Source of the DNA: Ramazzottius varieornatus
Lineage: Eukaryota > Animalia > Tardigrada
Assembly (NCBI GenBank): GCA_001949185.1
Contig: BDGG01000002.1
Span: 1,981,826-2,045,825, forward strand
DNA length: 64,000 bases
Direction of reading: 5' to 3'
Below, one piece after another: positions 25,949 through 39,673 of this stretch. Numbering within the stretch: the first letter of the stretch is position 1; each line of letters starts with the position of its first letter. Made by a program: the position numbers and the translations under genes. The notes under the pieces are model-generated. The model saw nothing but the letters and a program-made list of their open reading frames with translations. It was not told where the DNA came from and did not search any database.

Positions 25949-27264
25949 CTGTGAATAACAGAGAACACCGTCAATATCACTTAACGCGGTTTTTGAGTGA
26001 GGATCGCCTGGGAGCCTCGTCACATTCCTTGTTATCGCCGTTGGAACATGGACTCTGACAGGCCGATAATTGCTCTCTAAATAATGCACTCCTCTCACGC
26101 AAAGACGCGATAGGATACATCAAGCCCGTGTCATACGTTCTTCAAGTTGTAAACTGCAATTACCGTCAGTACCACCGCGGGCTTTGCACATCTCGCGGCA
26201 GAAACTACAGTTTACAAACACCAGATTGAACATTCCTTCATATTTACTGTTTAGTTCGGGTAGTGCATACCTGGGAAATAGTATTATCCGCCATCCTGGA
26301 AAATTCCTGCACCAACAGTTAAAATAATTGACTGTGCAAAAGTCAATAACGCGACCCCACAATTAGCCGAATGAAGCTGGAGGGTTTATCAAGATCAGCC
26401 GTGTGCATAAAAGGCAGAACAAGCAAACAGATGTATCTGCAAAAGACAAAAATCTGATATACAGTAGTGCGCCTTCCGTAAGCGTTAGGATTCTTTGGGC
26501 TGACTTAAAGAAGAATGACGCCTGCTGTGTTGTAGCGGCGCCGCAAAAGCTGCAACTTGCGAGGCTTGTCAACGTTGTTGGGTGAAACTGGGCTGTTCAT
26601 GGTTGGACGCAGCAGTTCGTACACTTAAATATCAGGTTTTACTGGAGTTTTATCGATTTTATGGCACAGCGTGACGTTCCATGCACACTCCTGGGCGCCC
26701 ATGGCTTAATATCCGACCTGGCAGGCTTTCGTGCCAGTAAGATTCCGAAAAACTTGCTTGTATGTGCGTCGCCAGTTACCGTCTAGAGACACAGTACGCA
26801 ACTTGAAAACAAGCAAAATCGATAGCGGATGGAGCTTCCCCCAAAGGACTTGGCGTATATGCCGTTTCATGAGTAATACACTACAAATATCGCACATCTG
26901 TAGCAATTGGTCAAAGAATATGGTTCGCTGTATCCTAATCTCGCTGTTGTCAGGATGTCGCAGTCAGGCAAACCAGAAGTCGTAGGAAGTCGTGACTTGA
27001 GCAGGAAATTGTCATCTCACCCACCGGCAGATGGCAGGACTATAGGAAGCTTGGAGAACAATTAGACCTTCGGTAACTGTGTAAAAGCCGAACCTAGTCA
27101 CCAATCTACACCATCCACGATGTATGCAGCAACTTCAGTGCTAAATCTGGAAATTTTAAACTTTAAGTCGGCTCTTTATAGTACGCACCATCATAAAAAA
27201 GGCGAGCTTGAAAGACCAAGTTTTCAGGGATTCAGAACGCAAACATTTAGGCACATTTTATTCA

Positions 27265-29010
27265 TTAGCCTTTCCTCATTGTGTCAAGTAACCACCCTGT
27301 GAACAAGCTCAATCGGGTATACACTCCGGGATAACCTGTGAAACAAAGGAATTCAAGAACATCACATTTCCGAGCAAGTCCGAGTTTAGATTTACCAGGT
27401 AAAGCACAACCGTAGCCCCAACTGACAACGCCGGCCAGCACGTACAGCCCATCCTTGACGATTGTCAAAGGACCTCCAGAGTCACCCTGTATCGACAGCA
27501 TGTTAGTGCCGAAAATTTCCTGCACTTTTGTGTTTTTTTCCAGAAGCGTCTACGGTCGTCACGAACCTGACAGGCGTCCTTGCTGACTCCTTCTTCGGTA
27601 GTGCCGCAAATCATTTGTGGCATGATCCTCTCCGGTGTCTTTTGTGTATCGAACATGGCTTCACATCTCTGATTGTCGATCAGCGGTATGTCGGCAAACT
27701 GCAAGATGCTCGGTCTTTCCTCCCGGAACTGTAGTCGGCCCCAGCCGGTAATGGTCGCCAGCTTGCCCTCAAAGTTATCCGTCGGTTCTGGCAGACATAC
27801 AGGTTGGATATGCGGGGCATAGGCCACCGGAGCGTCCAGGCGCAATAGCGACACGTCGTGAGAGAAACTTCTCTGAGATCCGTAGAGTGGGTGCAGGACA
27901 AACTTGGTTATCCTCCTTTCCTCCACCGGTAATATGTCGTTGGTCCGTGTACGGTCCCAGACACCTAGCCGGACGATGATGTCGTGAGCCGTAACCGACG
28001 CCCTGAAACAATGATCATTCGGAGTCATTTCGGTATCATTTCGATATCATGTGGCGTACGTGAATGGAGAGCTTGATGAGCAAACTCGACACCTTCACTA
28101 TTCCAAATGGCGCACGGTTCCAGCCAGTTATACCGAGAACATGCGTCACTTGGAAAAAAAACACTTTCTGTCCAGTTTGTTTGTCAAGCACCCAAATGCT
28201 CCCCGTCCGTTTGCACGTCCGATGCCACACTAGTTGTCATCATCAACAGAACACTAAAATGACTGCTTACGGTGCAACGCAGTGCCCAGCTGTGACGACC
28301 CACTGGTGATCGAGGAGGGCGCCACCGCAGCGCTCTTGGCCTTTGATGACCACCATGGCCTGGAAGGGAAACTGGGCGAACTGGGCTGCTGCTCCGCCGA
28401 CTATGCGACCTTGTCGTCCATGAAGCAGAGGGGCAGTACCACATGCTGTAGAATAAAACAGACGCCGTAAATTTGGTCTCTCGAATCTAACGTGGTAGAC
28501 GCTTACATCGAAATTCAGGACGACGGCTTGAGACTGGTGCTAGGAAAGGCAGAAGAGGAGTAGTTGGACTTGGCGTAGTCGCACTTGTCGTAGTGGTCGT
28601 AGTAGTCGTTGTGGAGGTTGTCGCCTGGGTTGTGGTCTTTGATTCGGGTTCGTCGTCCATAACACCGAGAGGATTACCTTTGGTCCGACAACAAACGGTG
28701 AAATAAAAGAATGGTCCTGCGCAGAAGCGAACCGGCTCGCCTATCCGATCGCATACCCAACTGAAGACACAGGTCTCGTCGTCGGCGCAACTTCCCACGC
28801 TCTTCTCCGCAATCTTGGCTGGAGAGAAGAGAAGTTTGTTCAGCACTGTGCGATATATGCAAAAGTCTGATGCTTATTACCATTGTGCTTCTGAAGTTTC
28901 AGTGCGAAATTGATACTCCGTGCTACGGTATTTTCGGTGGTTTCGTTGAAGGCGTGACTGGATGATATGCAGAGCTGGGAAATGTGGAGGACCAGCCACA
29001 CCCACCGCAT
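27265..29010 (-). CDS. Clip/disulfide-knot-domain trypsin-like serine protease (Stubble-like)
   Basis: Signal peptide; Cys-rich knot (CVFSWVC...[13 protein letters not shown]); Thr-rich linker; activation site R|IVGG; catalytic triad TAGHC, HDVSLL, DACQ|GDSGGP. Confidence 0.92.
28104..28152. repeat. Intronic palindrome copy (serine protease intron)
   Basis: CAAATGGCGCAC-N25-ATGCGTCACTTG. Confidence 0.8.
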
Positions 29011-30626
29011 TTCCCTCGACCAACCGTCCCCGACCAGTAGCACCCAATCTCCTTTTCCGTGGGAGTCTATAAGAACAAGGTTGCAACGAAACATGAAGAA
29101 AGGCCAACGTGTAGAGAACATACGAGATGCGACCATCGGTTGATCTGGCCGAAATCTTGTTAACCTTGATTACAGCATTATTCATCCTCTTTATGGATGT
29201 AATCGTGGATGTAATCGTTTCAGTACAAACTTCTGTTTATTGTTGCGTTCGAGTTCTCATGTCATAGTGTAAATTCTGACCGGATATATTAGTATCATCA
29301 GCCTGAAATTAGCGTTTACAGTTTGACGGAGAGCAATTTCCAGCTTTGTCAATATGTTTTCGGTTGGAGGTTTTTTCCAGTAAAAAACCATGATTACTGC
29401 AATTGGAGTCAGAAGACGGCAAAGTGGGGCAATAGAGAAAGAGCTTTCTCTTGATCTCAAAAGAGTGCACCATAAATTCTCGTTGCTCTAGATCGCTCTC
29501 AAAGATATCAGAGATGAGTAAATCAAAGTGGTATTGAAAGTTGGCGCCATCTTTTATGCTTGACCAAGCATCACATGGACGGTGTCGGACCACTTTCACC
29601 GGTCGCAGAGCTCACGCGCTTCAAGAGCCAACCGCGCTGCAATATGGTAGGTATGATGGACACATTAATAACTGTCCGTGTCATCCCAAACATGAATGCA
29701 ATGTCAAAGTTCTCGTCAATATAAACTTTTATGATCCGCCTTGCCATTGTTTATACACACAGCTAAAGAAGCGTTACCTCTTAGCATTTTCCAAGAACCC
29801 AATACTCCGTGAAAGACTAACGCGGAGTGTTAGCATAGTTACGGTGCTCTACTTGCTCTACGATACTTACATTAGCGGGCCTTGATATGCTTCTCAGTGC
29901 CGATGGGCGAGTTCGATCCAGTCACAGGAGCAAATGTAGGCAACAAAAGATGAGGTTTCACTACTCCACTAAGCTATTTCCGCTGGAGCACAGTGGTGCC
30001 GGTGCCGAAGAATCAGTTACGAGCTGAATGAATGCGATGGAACTGCATTATAGTTTGCGGATTTCGCAACGAAAGTTTGCAATTCCGGGATCCAGGCTCG
30101 AATAAGTGATGTAACTTACGAGGAAGTTGTCGACTTGGCCAATTGTATACTACTGACCAAGTCTTTCTCTTACGATCTACTAGTTCCGTGTGTTATGCGA
30201 GGGAAAAATGGAGCAGCGAATGACCCTAGGGCTTACGAAAAGACCATGATGATTGTTACAACCACAATATTACAGTTGAGCAGGCATGTCCGGTCACCGT
30301 CCGTAGAACTCCTTCACATTTAACCTAACCACGTACCGCGTTACACCGGTCCTACATGTAAGAGTACGCACAGTGTCGATACCTTAGCTCTGGTACGTAT
30401 ACGAGGCAGGGCGAACTACGGTGTCGAGCGCAATTCTAGCTTCTCGTTTTGGCTTTAGAATTACAAGAACGAACTCGGGAGCCGATCCCAGAAACTGAAA
30501 TATGATCTGAAGCAATATACCATCGCAAGTGTCATTGGCAGTGCACGGACTGTTCGATTGCGAGGCTTTCGAATCGCATCAACACGGACAGAAGCGAAAG
30601 AAAGGAGAATCAGATTTTGTGCTGTG

Positions 30627-33171
30627 CTAAAGCCAAGACGCAGTAGGTTTGTGCAGTCGTAGAGATTTTAGTCTGTCCAAAGTCATGGCGCGCTGGACAC
30701 ATTTGCGAAATCTTTTGGACAGCAAGGTGTAGAGGAATGGGTTGACGCAGCAGTTGAGGAATATCATGCACTTGGCGAACAAGACGTACCATAAGTCCAA
30801 CCATGGATCTTTCACCAGGCTGTTGTAAAGCAACAGACCGCGGAACGGCAGCCAACACACGGCGAACAGGAAGACGATTGCCAGCAATACGCGAAGACTC
30901 TGAAAGGCAACATCAACAGATTGTAATTCGCGGGAGACTTTCAGGGAAAGCCATTCGGGGCGGTGGCATGTTAGTTCACCCAGATCGAATTTCCAAGTGG
31001 CGCATGCTCTCGGCCCATAAGAAGCCAAACGTGCGCCACTTGAGATAACGATAGGGGTGGATTTGCCGACGTCCCTTTGGGAGCAAGGTTTACCGTTCCG
31101 ACGTTAGAGGGATGAAGGAATAATAATCGCTCATTCGCACGGATATCGTAAGCCCCTTCGGAGACGCTCCTGTGTAGCGTCTTAACCGGAGCTTCTCCGC
31201 CGACCAGGAACGAAGTGTTTCGCGACACAGGTGGATCCGCCGACGAGCGCAGTGATCGATGCATTAAACTGGCCGAATTTCCTCTACGCACATTGCGGGA
31301 AGTATTTCGGGACCACTGGGGTTGGTGTATCGAGTCTTTTCTTCGGGTTGACCGATTTACCCGTGCTGAGTTTTCTGTGAAGAGGCCGTACTTGGTACCG
31401 AGAGAACCTACTGGGATACGCCGAATGACGCGACCAATTTTCCAGTAAGCGACGACAGCGCCTACTAGCGGCAGTATGTAGAAGAGGACCAAGTCAGCGC
31501 TGAAGATGGCGGTGTAGATGGCGGGCGAGAGCGTCAGTTCGCAGTAAGTCAGATGCGGATGGCCACTGTCTTCGATCGAGAATACTTCCGCTAGAACGAA
31601 CCAGGGGCTGCAGTAGACGGCGACAAGTATCCAGCAGGATATAATGATACGTCGAGCTCGCTCGACCGTACATAGCTTTTGGGCAAGGAAGGGCTTGCAG
31701 GCTGCGATGTACCTTTCCAATGTGAATAACATCATACTGAAAAGAGCAAAGAGGTGTTTCGGCAGACGTAACTGGGGATAAATTGCAACATTTAATAGCA
31801 GGCGGACATGCATGTTGGAGGCCAGCAAGCAAATGGTACAGATGACCGTCCCAGGTGGCACGTCCTTACTGTTTTTGGCTGGAAGAGCACGCCACTTTGG
31901 AAAACGATCTGGTTGAGATCATTTACCCACTTTTCATGTTGTGAATTTCAGATCGATAATGCTAGCTTTTATCAAACAACAAACAAAGGAATTACCTGAC
32001 AGTTCCGACATTAATACTGAAGAAGTTGAGAAACACAAAAGCCGAGCACATAAAGCTGCCGGAATACCACGATCCACTGGAGATGGTGTACCTGTGCCAC
32101 AGTTCATACTGTAATTAAGCGGGGCATTGCTAATGGACTTTGCCTGTGGACAAACAGGCATGCCAGGTTTTCTCCGTGAATTCGGTCTCTCTCGCGGATC
32201 ACTGTAATACTATGTAGTTTTCTATATCGTGTGATATTACAATCGGACTTCATCGATTGTCAAAATCGGCGTACACTTCGACGCAATTTTGCAAAACCGA
32301 AACCGGACACCTGAACAGGGGCGATGTGACATTTCAAACAGTAAACTTACACGACACCTTCCGGAGCGGCGGTTACAACAGCCAGCAAGTCGGCACACGC
32401 CAAGGAGGCCTGTAAGGGAAGAAAACAAAAAAATAAATATGACGCACAAGAAACACGGAAGCAGGTCATTGTTGGGTGAAAGAAATCACGGTACAGCTTC
32501 TCTGCTGGTCCAGGGTCCTGAACGGTATCGATGATAGGTTACATGTGGACCACGATCATCCCCTAGTGTCTGCGGTGGGCGGCAGTCAAACTGTATTACC
32601 ATTAGATTCTGTCGTGCGCGGGAAGGTTCAATCAGAAAATATACTTCCTCTAAGCCATTGAAGCGCTCGCAAGCGGTGCTGCCACTCTGAAGGCGGGTGC
32701 TGGAGTCAAAATTCAGCACGTTTGCTAATCTTTTTCTTACGAACTGCTAAACATGGCAGGCCGGTAACCGAAACAAACAAGATCGTTGTCCCAAGTGGCG
32801 CACGCTTACCGCCAATAACAATACAAATGCGCGCTACTTGAAATACCGATCTTGTGCGTTTCGCTTGCCGATCTTACACAACATTCTCGGGCTATCGGCA
32901 GCATGCAAACAATAAAAATAGCCTTTACCAGATAGGAGTACGGCGACGTGTGCAGGGATGGTGAGCAATAAATAGTAAAGATGACCAAGCAGTTGCCGGT
33001 AACGCCCAGGGTAAAGATGATGACGTAGAGTAGGGTAGCCACAACGCGGTAGTGGATTTCGAATAATTCATAGCTGAGATGGCCTTCCGCAGGTCCCTCC
33101 ACGGAATCGTTCCATCTTGTTGGGTTCTCATTATAATTAACCGCAAACAGTATTCTTTCCGGCGGTTCCAT
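30627..33171 (-). CDS. Class A peptide GPCR, TRH/ETH-receptor-like, 5 exons
   Basis: Exons ~33171-32929, 32409-32351, 32091-31996, 31736-31094, 30899-30627. Motifs GVTGN, SLACADLL, FTLERYIAAC, CWLPFRGLLLYNS, NCCVNPFLY. Confidence 0.88.
30994..31042. repeat. Intronic palindrome copy (GPCR intron)
   Basis: CAAGTGGCGCAT-N25-GTGCGCCACTTG. Confidence 0.85.
32792..32840. repeat. Intronic palindrome copy (GPCR intron 1)
   Basis: GATCGTTGTCC-CAAGTGGCGCAC-N25-GCGCGCTACTTG. Confidence 0.8.
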
Positions 33172-35008
33172 ATGGTGCACATAACCCGGAAAGGGTTCCT
33201 TCCGTCAATCTAATGAGACCTCACACACAAGGCAGTAGTTTCTTGGAGATGTTGGGTCTTCGTCGCAACTGAAGCTGGATTCCTCGGATATACAGACGCA
33301 GATGTTGTAGCTAATTCCAATTTCCTCCACGAAAGTAATTTGCGAACGGTGAATGTCAGTTACGACTTCGCCCTGTCGTACAGACAGCCTAGAAAACCTG
33401 CGATGCACCGCAACGGGTAATTAAAAAATTATCCCGTGGCTGAAGACCGTGATTGGACCCAAATTGGTCCGCCCTGATTCTACTGAGAAACTTTCTTCCA
33501 GATTTCCGTTCAAAGGTGAAGAATTACAGTATTTAATACTTAGACAGAGAGACTTATTCAAGGAACCAAACGGGAAGGAATTATTGCATCAGCCAGGTAA
33601 TCCAAAACTTATGCTGATGTCAGTTGACGTGATGAAACCGATGAAAACTCCACAAAGCTTCGTGGTGTCCGAACTCCTTCAATTTTCACGGCTCTCATGT
33701 GAGGCAATCAAAGCAGTGAAAGCAGTGAGTCCCTCCATTAACACGTAATGATGGGGTAATCTTGAGAAAATGCGACAGTAGCGGCAAAGTGCACCATTCC
33801 TCAGAAAAAGGAAAGTGGCAAAGGAGATTTGATGTCGTGTCGCTTTTAACGTGATCAATTCGAGGATCGCGATCGACCTTGTAGTTATCACACTCATCAC
33901 CAACGGGAAGGGAGCCCGGTACAACGGGAAACCGTGTCCACAGCGGATACGGTATTTGCCAAAAGGGCATTCACATCCTCACGCTACCGGCCACGTTATG
34001 ACCGGTAATTTAACTCGGGTAGCCTCCAGCGCGAAGAACAATTTGGCGGTGTTCACCACTGATTAATCGCCACTTACGACTTTGAGTTATCGGGAAGATA
34101 ATTGCAAGAACGTGATGACTGACACAGACTGAAACCAAATGTGAGACGGTAGCTGGTTGCCAGTTATTTTTGCAGTCGACCTTGTTACTTCTCGTCGGAT
34201 AGGCACTGTACTACGTACAGTAGGAGATCGGATCAGTCGGCTGTGAAACATTAGTGGCCATGCAAGGCCGCTTCTTGGCAGATTTTAGTCGTTTGCCATT
34301 AACCACTGATGAGAGGATAGGAAACGGGGTGGGGTAACACAATTGATGCTTCTGTGCGCTTCAGATGGTTCCTGGAGAAATCTCGTGGTCTGACAAACAC
34401 TGTTATTTGCTACTGAAGCATCCGACGCAGCAACTGTAGCAACAGTGAAGGTCCTGAAGGTTCGCTCTTGACACATCTTCGGGATCAAGTGTCCAATGAA
34501 ACCGCATGTCACGCCCTCTGAGCGGCTCAACTCGAACCATGATCGCAATTGATCTTTTTGGTTAGAACTTTTTGGTCCAAGTGGCACCTCAAATGCCGAA
34601 AATTTGTCCTGTTAAACCTAAAGTTGTGCAATTCAGGAGTGAACTGCGGAAACAGCAAAAGTGGTAAGGTATGAGCAACGGTGACTTTGATTTCGCGGGT
34701 TTCTTCCCAGCTAAACTACCCTCGTGCACATTCAATCACCACCTTCGCCCTTCAGCACCGTGATCCGTTTTGAGCCAAATGCTTCGGAAAACAAACCACC
34801 ATATCAATCACAAATAACACGCGTATTCCACTTGTTCCACCACCCAAATTTACAAAGAGCAAAGTTGCTAACACATGACCAGAAAGCAGAAATCGTTCAA
34901 CTTGTCGGAAGAAGTGAAAATGCACGGTCGTTTCGAACGCCATAACCCTTTTACCGAACAGCTGCAAGGCTTTTCGTAGTTGGAGTATATTTGATAGTAG
35001 TCATTACT

Positions 35009-36329
35009 ATGCTCGATTATTTCTTCCTGCTCGGTACTCTATCGCTTGTATGTTTCTGTAGCCCAAGCCCTGTCACTTTGCCGTCTGGATTCCCGACATC
35101 TAGCAAAGGATGTTGTCCTGACATTATTGACAACCCTGTACCATCTGACCTGCGGAAAGTGAGCAATCCGAGTTGCCACACTCGGGTGAATCAGTGTGGA
35201 TGAAATAATTACGCTCCATATACGTTTATTAAACGGGATCGGACCATGGACCGTATATGGACCAACCTTTTTTCATGGCTTACATATACTTTCGCCATAG
35301 TCTGACCATGGTCTACCAAGTTTTGCCATAGTTCCGGCATGGTTCTGCCATATGTTGCGCCCTACTTGAACCGCTCACGGGCCAGGGTTTCCCTGTTGAA
35401 GCGGCGAAAGCATAGTTCAGTCATAGTTTCCGTCTAGTAAACGTACATGGAGCGTACTTTTTTCATCCTCAGTAAATCAACCGAGCGTACAACCACCAAT
35501 GAAAAGTTTGGGATAAAAATACTGCCGAGTTTGGCGTACAGAAAGTGGTGTTGTTTTACGAATATCGGAGCACATCCGTCAACGAGCAAGTACACAACGC
35601 ATTCTTCACCTACACCTTGCCCTTGGTGGGAGACGGATTTGCATAACTACCGGCATCCATGACTCCAGCAATCCACGTTGCTGAAGTCTACCAACACACA
35701 ACGTCATCGGTCGACGGCCAGAGAACCTGTCACTACCAAAATACTGATTCTCCATCGAGATTGGATGGAGTAACGTTTCTGCACTCTTTTGATACTGCGC
35801 TCGGTGGGAGTAACCCATGTAAGCGTCCACTGACTTCCAGTTCTGCGGGACTGACCAAACAAAACGTACGAGATCGTTATCCAAGGTGGCGCACCTTTGT
35901 GTTGTCATTGGCTGGGAAGGTGCGCCACTAGAGATGACTAGCTTACACATTTCGTTTGCCCAGCTCTCATGTATTATAGTGACTAAAGAACTTGACGATT
36001 GTGCTCGATACTTTCTGTGCGTTACAGTCTACGCTGCCCTGTATTACCTGTATAACGATGAGCGACCGAAGGTGTTCGAGATTGTTTTCATCTATAACAA
36101 AATGAACTTCGAAGCTGGAATTTACGATGACCCCAACGTCCTCGTCAATGTCAGGGTTCATCCGAACTCAATGTCCGGGGCTGAGAAGAGCGCAATTGAC
36201 GATGTCATCGACAGAACGTTGCGGCCTTACTGCATGGGTACGGCTGATTTGCAGACGACCATTTTCCGTCTTGGATCCTTGTACGGAACCCCCAACACGG
36301 GACTTCCTCAACTTGGTGGCAGGATATGA
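35009..36329 (+). pseudogene. Secreted lipocalin-like protein, 3 exons, with an in-frame stop (pseudogene or sequencing error)
   Basis: Exons 35009-35158 (signal peptide MLDYFFLLGTLSLVCFC), 35542-35818 and 36028-36329 join in phase. TAA at 35644-35646. Weak lipocalin-like motifs FYEYRS, YLYND and VNVRVHP. Confidence 0.45.
35883..35931. repeat. Intronic palindrome copy (lipocalin-like gene intron)
   Basis: AAGGTGGCGCAC-N25-GTGCGCCACTAG. Confidence 0.8.
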
Positions 36330-36560
36330 GGCTTCCTTGCCCCATCCCCCTTTGACTTAGCACATACATCTGTGATTAGAAAGGCAGACACGGCCAAGTT
36401 CATGGTCAATATCCGAGTACCAGGTCGATCGAGAATTTTATCTTTCCATACGATGATGACCAATGACAATCGAAACGCAAAGTAGGAGAGGGAACCAAGA
36501 GGGTTTGCGACAGGGTAAGACTCGTTGGCGACCGTAAGGACAGTCGAAATAGCGTTCCAG
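36308..36560 (-). pseudogene. Possible GPCR TM1-TM2 relic
   Basis: LSLVIIVWKDKILDRPGTRILTMNLAVSAFLI resembles ICL1/TM2 (NLAVSD); no continuation found. Confidence 0.25.
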
Positions 36561-38391
36561 GAGATGTCTGGAGGCACAGTACGACGGTGGAAGTACCTTA
36601 CGATCAACCCGCCTACTTTTGAACAGGAAAATGCGAGTGCGCTCTTTTTGAACAAACCACAAATCTATAGTCAGTTGCGAACAGGAAAAGTTTTGTTTAG
36701 GACTGAGAAGTCGGATACTCCGATGAAATTACTCTCCCTAGGCAGCAGCTTAGGTCTTGTGCTGTAGAGCACACCAGTTTGTTCGCGACCGCTTTCTCTT
36801 TGGTTCCGTATCGCAAAGTTCTTACCGAAGGCGGGTCATGTCGTCGCGGGACAGTATCGAGTAACTGGAAATGTCAGGCGAGCCACACAACACTTCCCAG
36901 CAATATTATGATTTCCTGTGAGCAGAAATGATTATAGCCTTTCGCTGAGGTGCTTCTCAAGCCTGTGCAGTAACTTCCAAAGCGCCATCGCTTGGAGCCA
37001 CCTCAGGTCGATCGTGTTGCGGTTTGATCAAGTTAATGAATACAGCTACATCTCGTCAACTGAAAGCATCAGGCAGGTCGGGTGCTTCATTCTGAAATCT
37101 GAAGTGCGCCTCCTTGCATGAAGTTCAATAGAGCATTATTAAACTTACGCCGTACCGCGCCCTCTAACGCGCTAATCCTAATGCTCCTAATGCTCTAACC
37201 CGCCAATCTCAATCCATGCGCATATTATTGTTCGGTATTGTGGTTCGGCCAACTGGCTTGTTCGGCCAACTGGAAAAGATGTCATGGTCCTATTTATCCG
37301 CAAGACTGAGCGTCAGCTCCTCATGTCAGATGGATTAGTGAGTATTTAAGTGTATTTATTAATTTTTTTATGGAAATATCCACTCAAACCTGATGAACTG
37401 GATATCTAATATTAAGGAAAGCTGAAACATACTTACGTGAACGACATGACATTGTAGGGCTAGCGACTTTGTGTCCTATAAAATCGATCTTGTGAATCAA
37501 ATCTTTATGTTTATTGTATGATTGCAAGAGCAATTGGTTGTGCTCCTGAAGACGTTTCCGACGTGAAATCAGTAGAATACAGTGAACGTGATGTATATCA
37601 TTGTGTGTCACTTTGTTTGTTCCTAGACTTTCCAGCCCAGTCGAGTTCTAGGTTCCTGCTCTAGAGTTTTCCACTCACAAATCGGACGCACGAAATCTGA
37701 TCTAACTGAGCTTGGAATCAGCGTTTAATCAGCTGGTAGTTTTATTACTGCCATTAACACCCTGATTACCACCGTACTCACTGTGAGTACAATACGGCAC
37801 TTTTTCGCTCACCATAATTTCCATTTTGCCCGGTTTGAGTCAAACTTTTTTTCATTGCCTGGTCTGCGGTCTTATCACCGAAACGCAGCTGATGGCCACT
37901 GGTCAGTACAACTTCCGCAGGCTGGAAAAAATCCTCACGATTTCGGGCAGTTTCGGGGGTATTTTAGGTTTCATGTCTTTGCTCGAGATACATAGCTACC
38001 ATCTGTTTAGAAAGACAATGAAACACTGAGGAGAGCTTCCTCTACCGATACTAGGCTTGGGACAAAGTCGGTGTCATCGGTGCGTCCAGAAAAAAATCAA
38101 AACGGCCAGGGCTACTTTTCCCACGTTGGGCTTTACGGCCTTCCAATCTCCACAATTTCGAAATTCTGAAAGTTGTCTATTGGCTAGTTTGGGTTACGCT
38201 TTCCCTTTCCTCCAGTTAAAGTTCTGTGCTCACAGTGAGTACGCTGGTAATCTGCCGACACAAAAAGCTTGGTATTCAGGGTGTTAAATTTGCGCCCACG
38301 AACTCCGACAATCGATTTTACTTAAACGTCAAGATTTTCGCTTCGGCAGACCGTTTTTCCAGCCGAGCCCACGACAGATTTATCAAATAGG

Positions 38392-39474
38392 ATGGAACTT
38401 TTAAGCAATTGGTCCAACTGGATTGAAGCGAGGCACGCCAACGCGTCTCTGTTATCAAGCAACCTTACCGGCGCAAATGCCACGCTGACCACCGATGGCT
38501 CGAATCCTATTGCTGCCTGGTGGATGCTGCTGATCTTCGTTCTGATGACCGCCGTCACGGTTTTCGGGAACCTAGCTATCGTTACATTGTTTCTCGCCGA
38601 CAAAAAAGTCCGTACTCCTTTCAACTACATTTTATTAAATATTGCTATTGGTGATGCGCTGATTGGTACGGTGGATATGCCGTACTATGCAGCGAGCTAC
38701 TTTTACTGGGGTTTCTGGCCGTTTTCCGACCAGCAATGTTCCTTCTGGATGTTCATCGACTACCTCATGCCGACCATAACGCTGGCTAGCATAACCGCTT
38801 TGTCGCTGGACCGTCTTTGGGCCTTGATGGCGCCCATCGCCTATCGGTGCTGTAACACCACGCGGAAAGCTTCTGTGACAATTTTCGTTATTTGGTTGTA
38901 TTCGACGTTGGGGATGCTTCCTGGTTATGCCTACACCCGTCTTTATCTGGCCGATCAAAGAGCAGATAAAACTTGTTTATGGGAAGTGGCAGGTCTGCCA
39001 AACTGGGCTTCGCCTTCCTATCCATTAATTATCAATTTGTGTGCTCCTTTCGCGATTACGCTGCTTTGCTACGTCGGCATCGTGCTGAGGTTGCTTCAGC
39101 TGCGTTCAAGTCGAGCGGCGGTCAACCCTGAGACCCATCGCCAGACAAGCAAGAGGAACCGTCGTGAGCAACAGGCATTTGCAGTGTTGACCTTACTGGT
39201 CGTGACCCTATCCGTCTCCTACATGCCATGGGTGGTCTATACGGTCCGATTAGTGGTATTGAAGTATGAAGACTCATTGACATTCTACAATGTCAGCTAC
39301 TGGATGGGCTTCATTTTGTCAGCTGCCAGTCCTTTCATGGCTCTTGTTGGGAGTCAGGATCTCAGGACTGCGATGCGAAGACTGTGTCATGGAAGATCCG
39401 GCAACCTGGAGAACCCCAGTGGTAACAGAGTATCCGTATTGCGCAAAGCCACCGCTCCGATACCCACCACGTAG
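38392..39474 (+). CDS. Intronless class A GPCR, aminergic (muscarinic/histamine-like), 360 aa
   Basis: Seven hydrophobic segments; TVFGN, NIAIGD, TM3 FWMFIDY (Asp3.32), SLDRL, SYMPW. NPxxY is replaced by SPFMA. Confidence 0.9.
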   Translation: MELLSNWSNWIEARHANASLLSSNLTGANATLTTDGSNPIAAWWMLLIFVLMTAVTVFGNLAIVTLFLADKKVRTPFNYILLNIAIGDALIGTVDMPYYAASYFYWGFWPFSDQQCSFWMFIDYLMPTITLASITALSLDRLWALMAPIAYRCCNTTRKASVTIFVIWLYSTLGMLPGYAYTRLYLADQRADKTCLWEVAGLPNWASPSYPLIINLCAPFAITLLCYVGIVLRLLQLRSSRAAVNPETHRQTSKRNRREQQAFAVLTLLVVTLSVSYMPWVVYTVRLVVLKYEDSLTFYNVSYWMGFILSAASPFMALVGSQDLRTAMRRLCHGRSGNLENPSGNRVSVLRKATAPIPTT

Positions 39475-39673
39475 GCCTACATGCCAACATGGCGATGCGA
39501 CTGGTTCACTATCAGTGTGTAGCCTTTATTCATTCAGTTCACATAATCCATATGCACAGGAAATGAAAGTCGACTAAGGGGGTGAGGAAAGATTCATGGT
39601 GAACATAAATGCAGAGAATTGTTTTGTGTACATCCAAACAGGAAGACTATACTATGAAACTCATATATCACGT

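Noticed and set aside
28575-28640. ACN/GTN trinucleotide-like repeat
   Set aside because: It simply encodes the Thr-rich linker of the serine protease.
29820-29990. Possible tRNA (GAGTTCGATCC B-box-like)
   Set aside because: No cloverleaf or acceptor stem could be formed.
35235-35355. Degenerate CCATAG/CCATGG short repeats in an intron
   Set aside because: Too degenerate to define a unit or family from this window.
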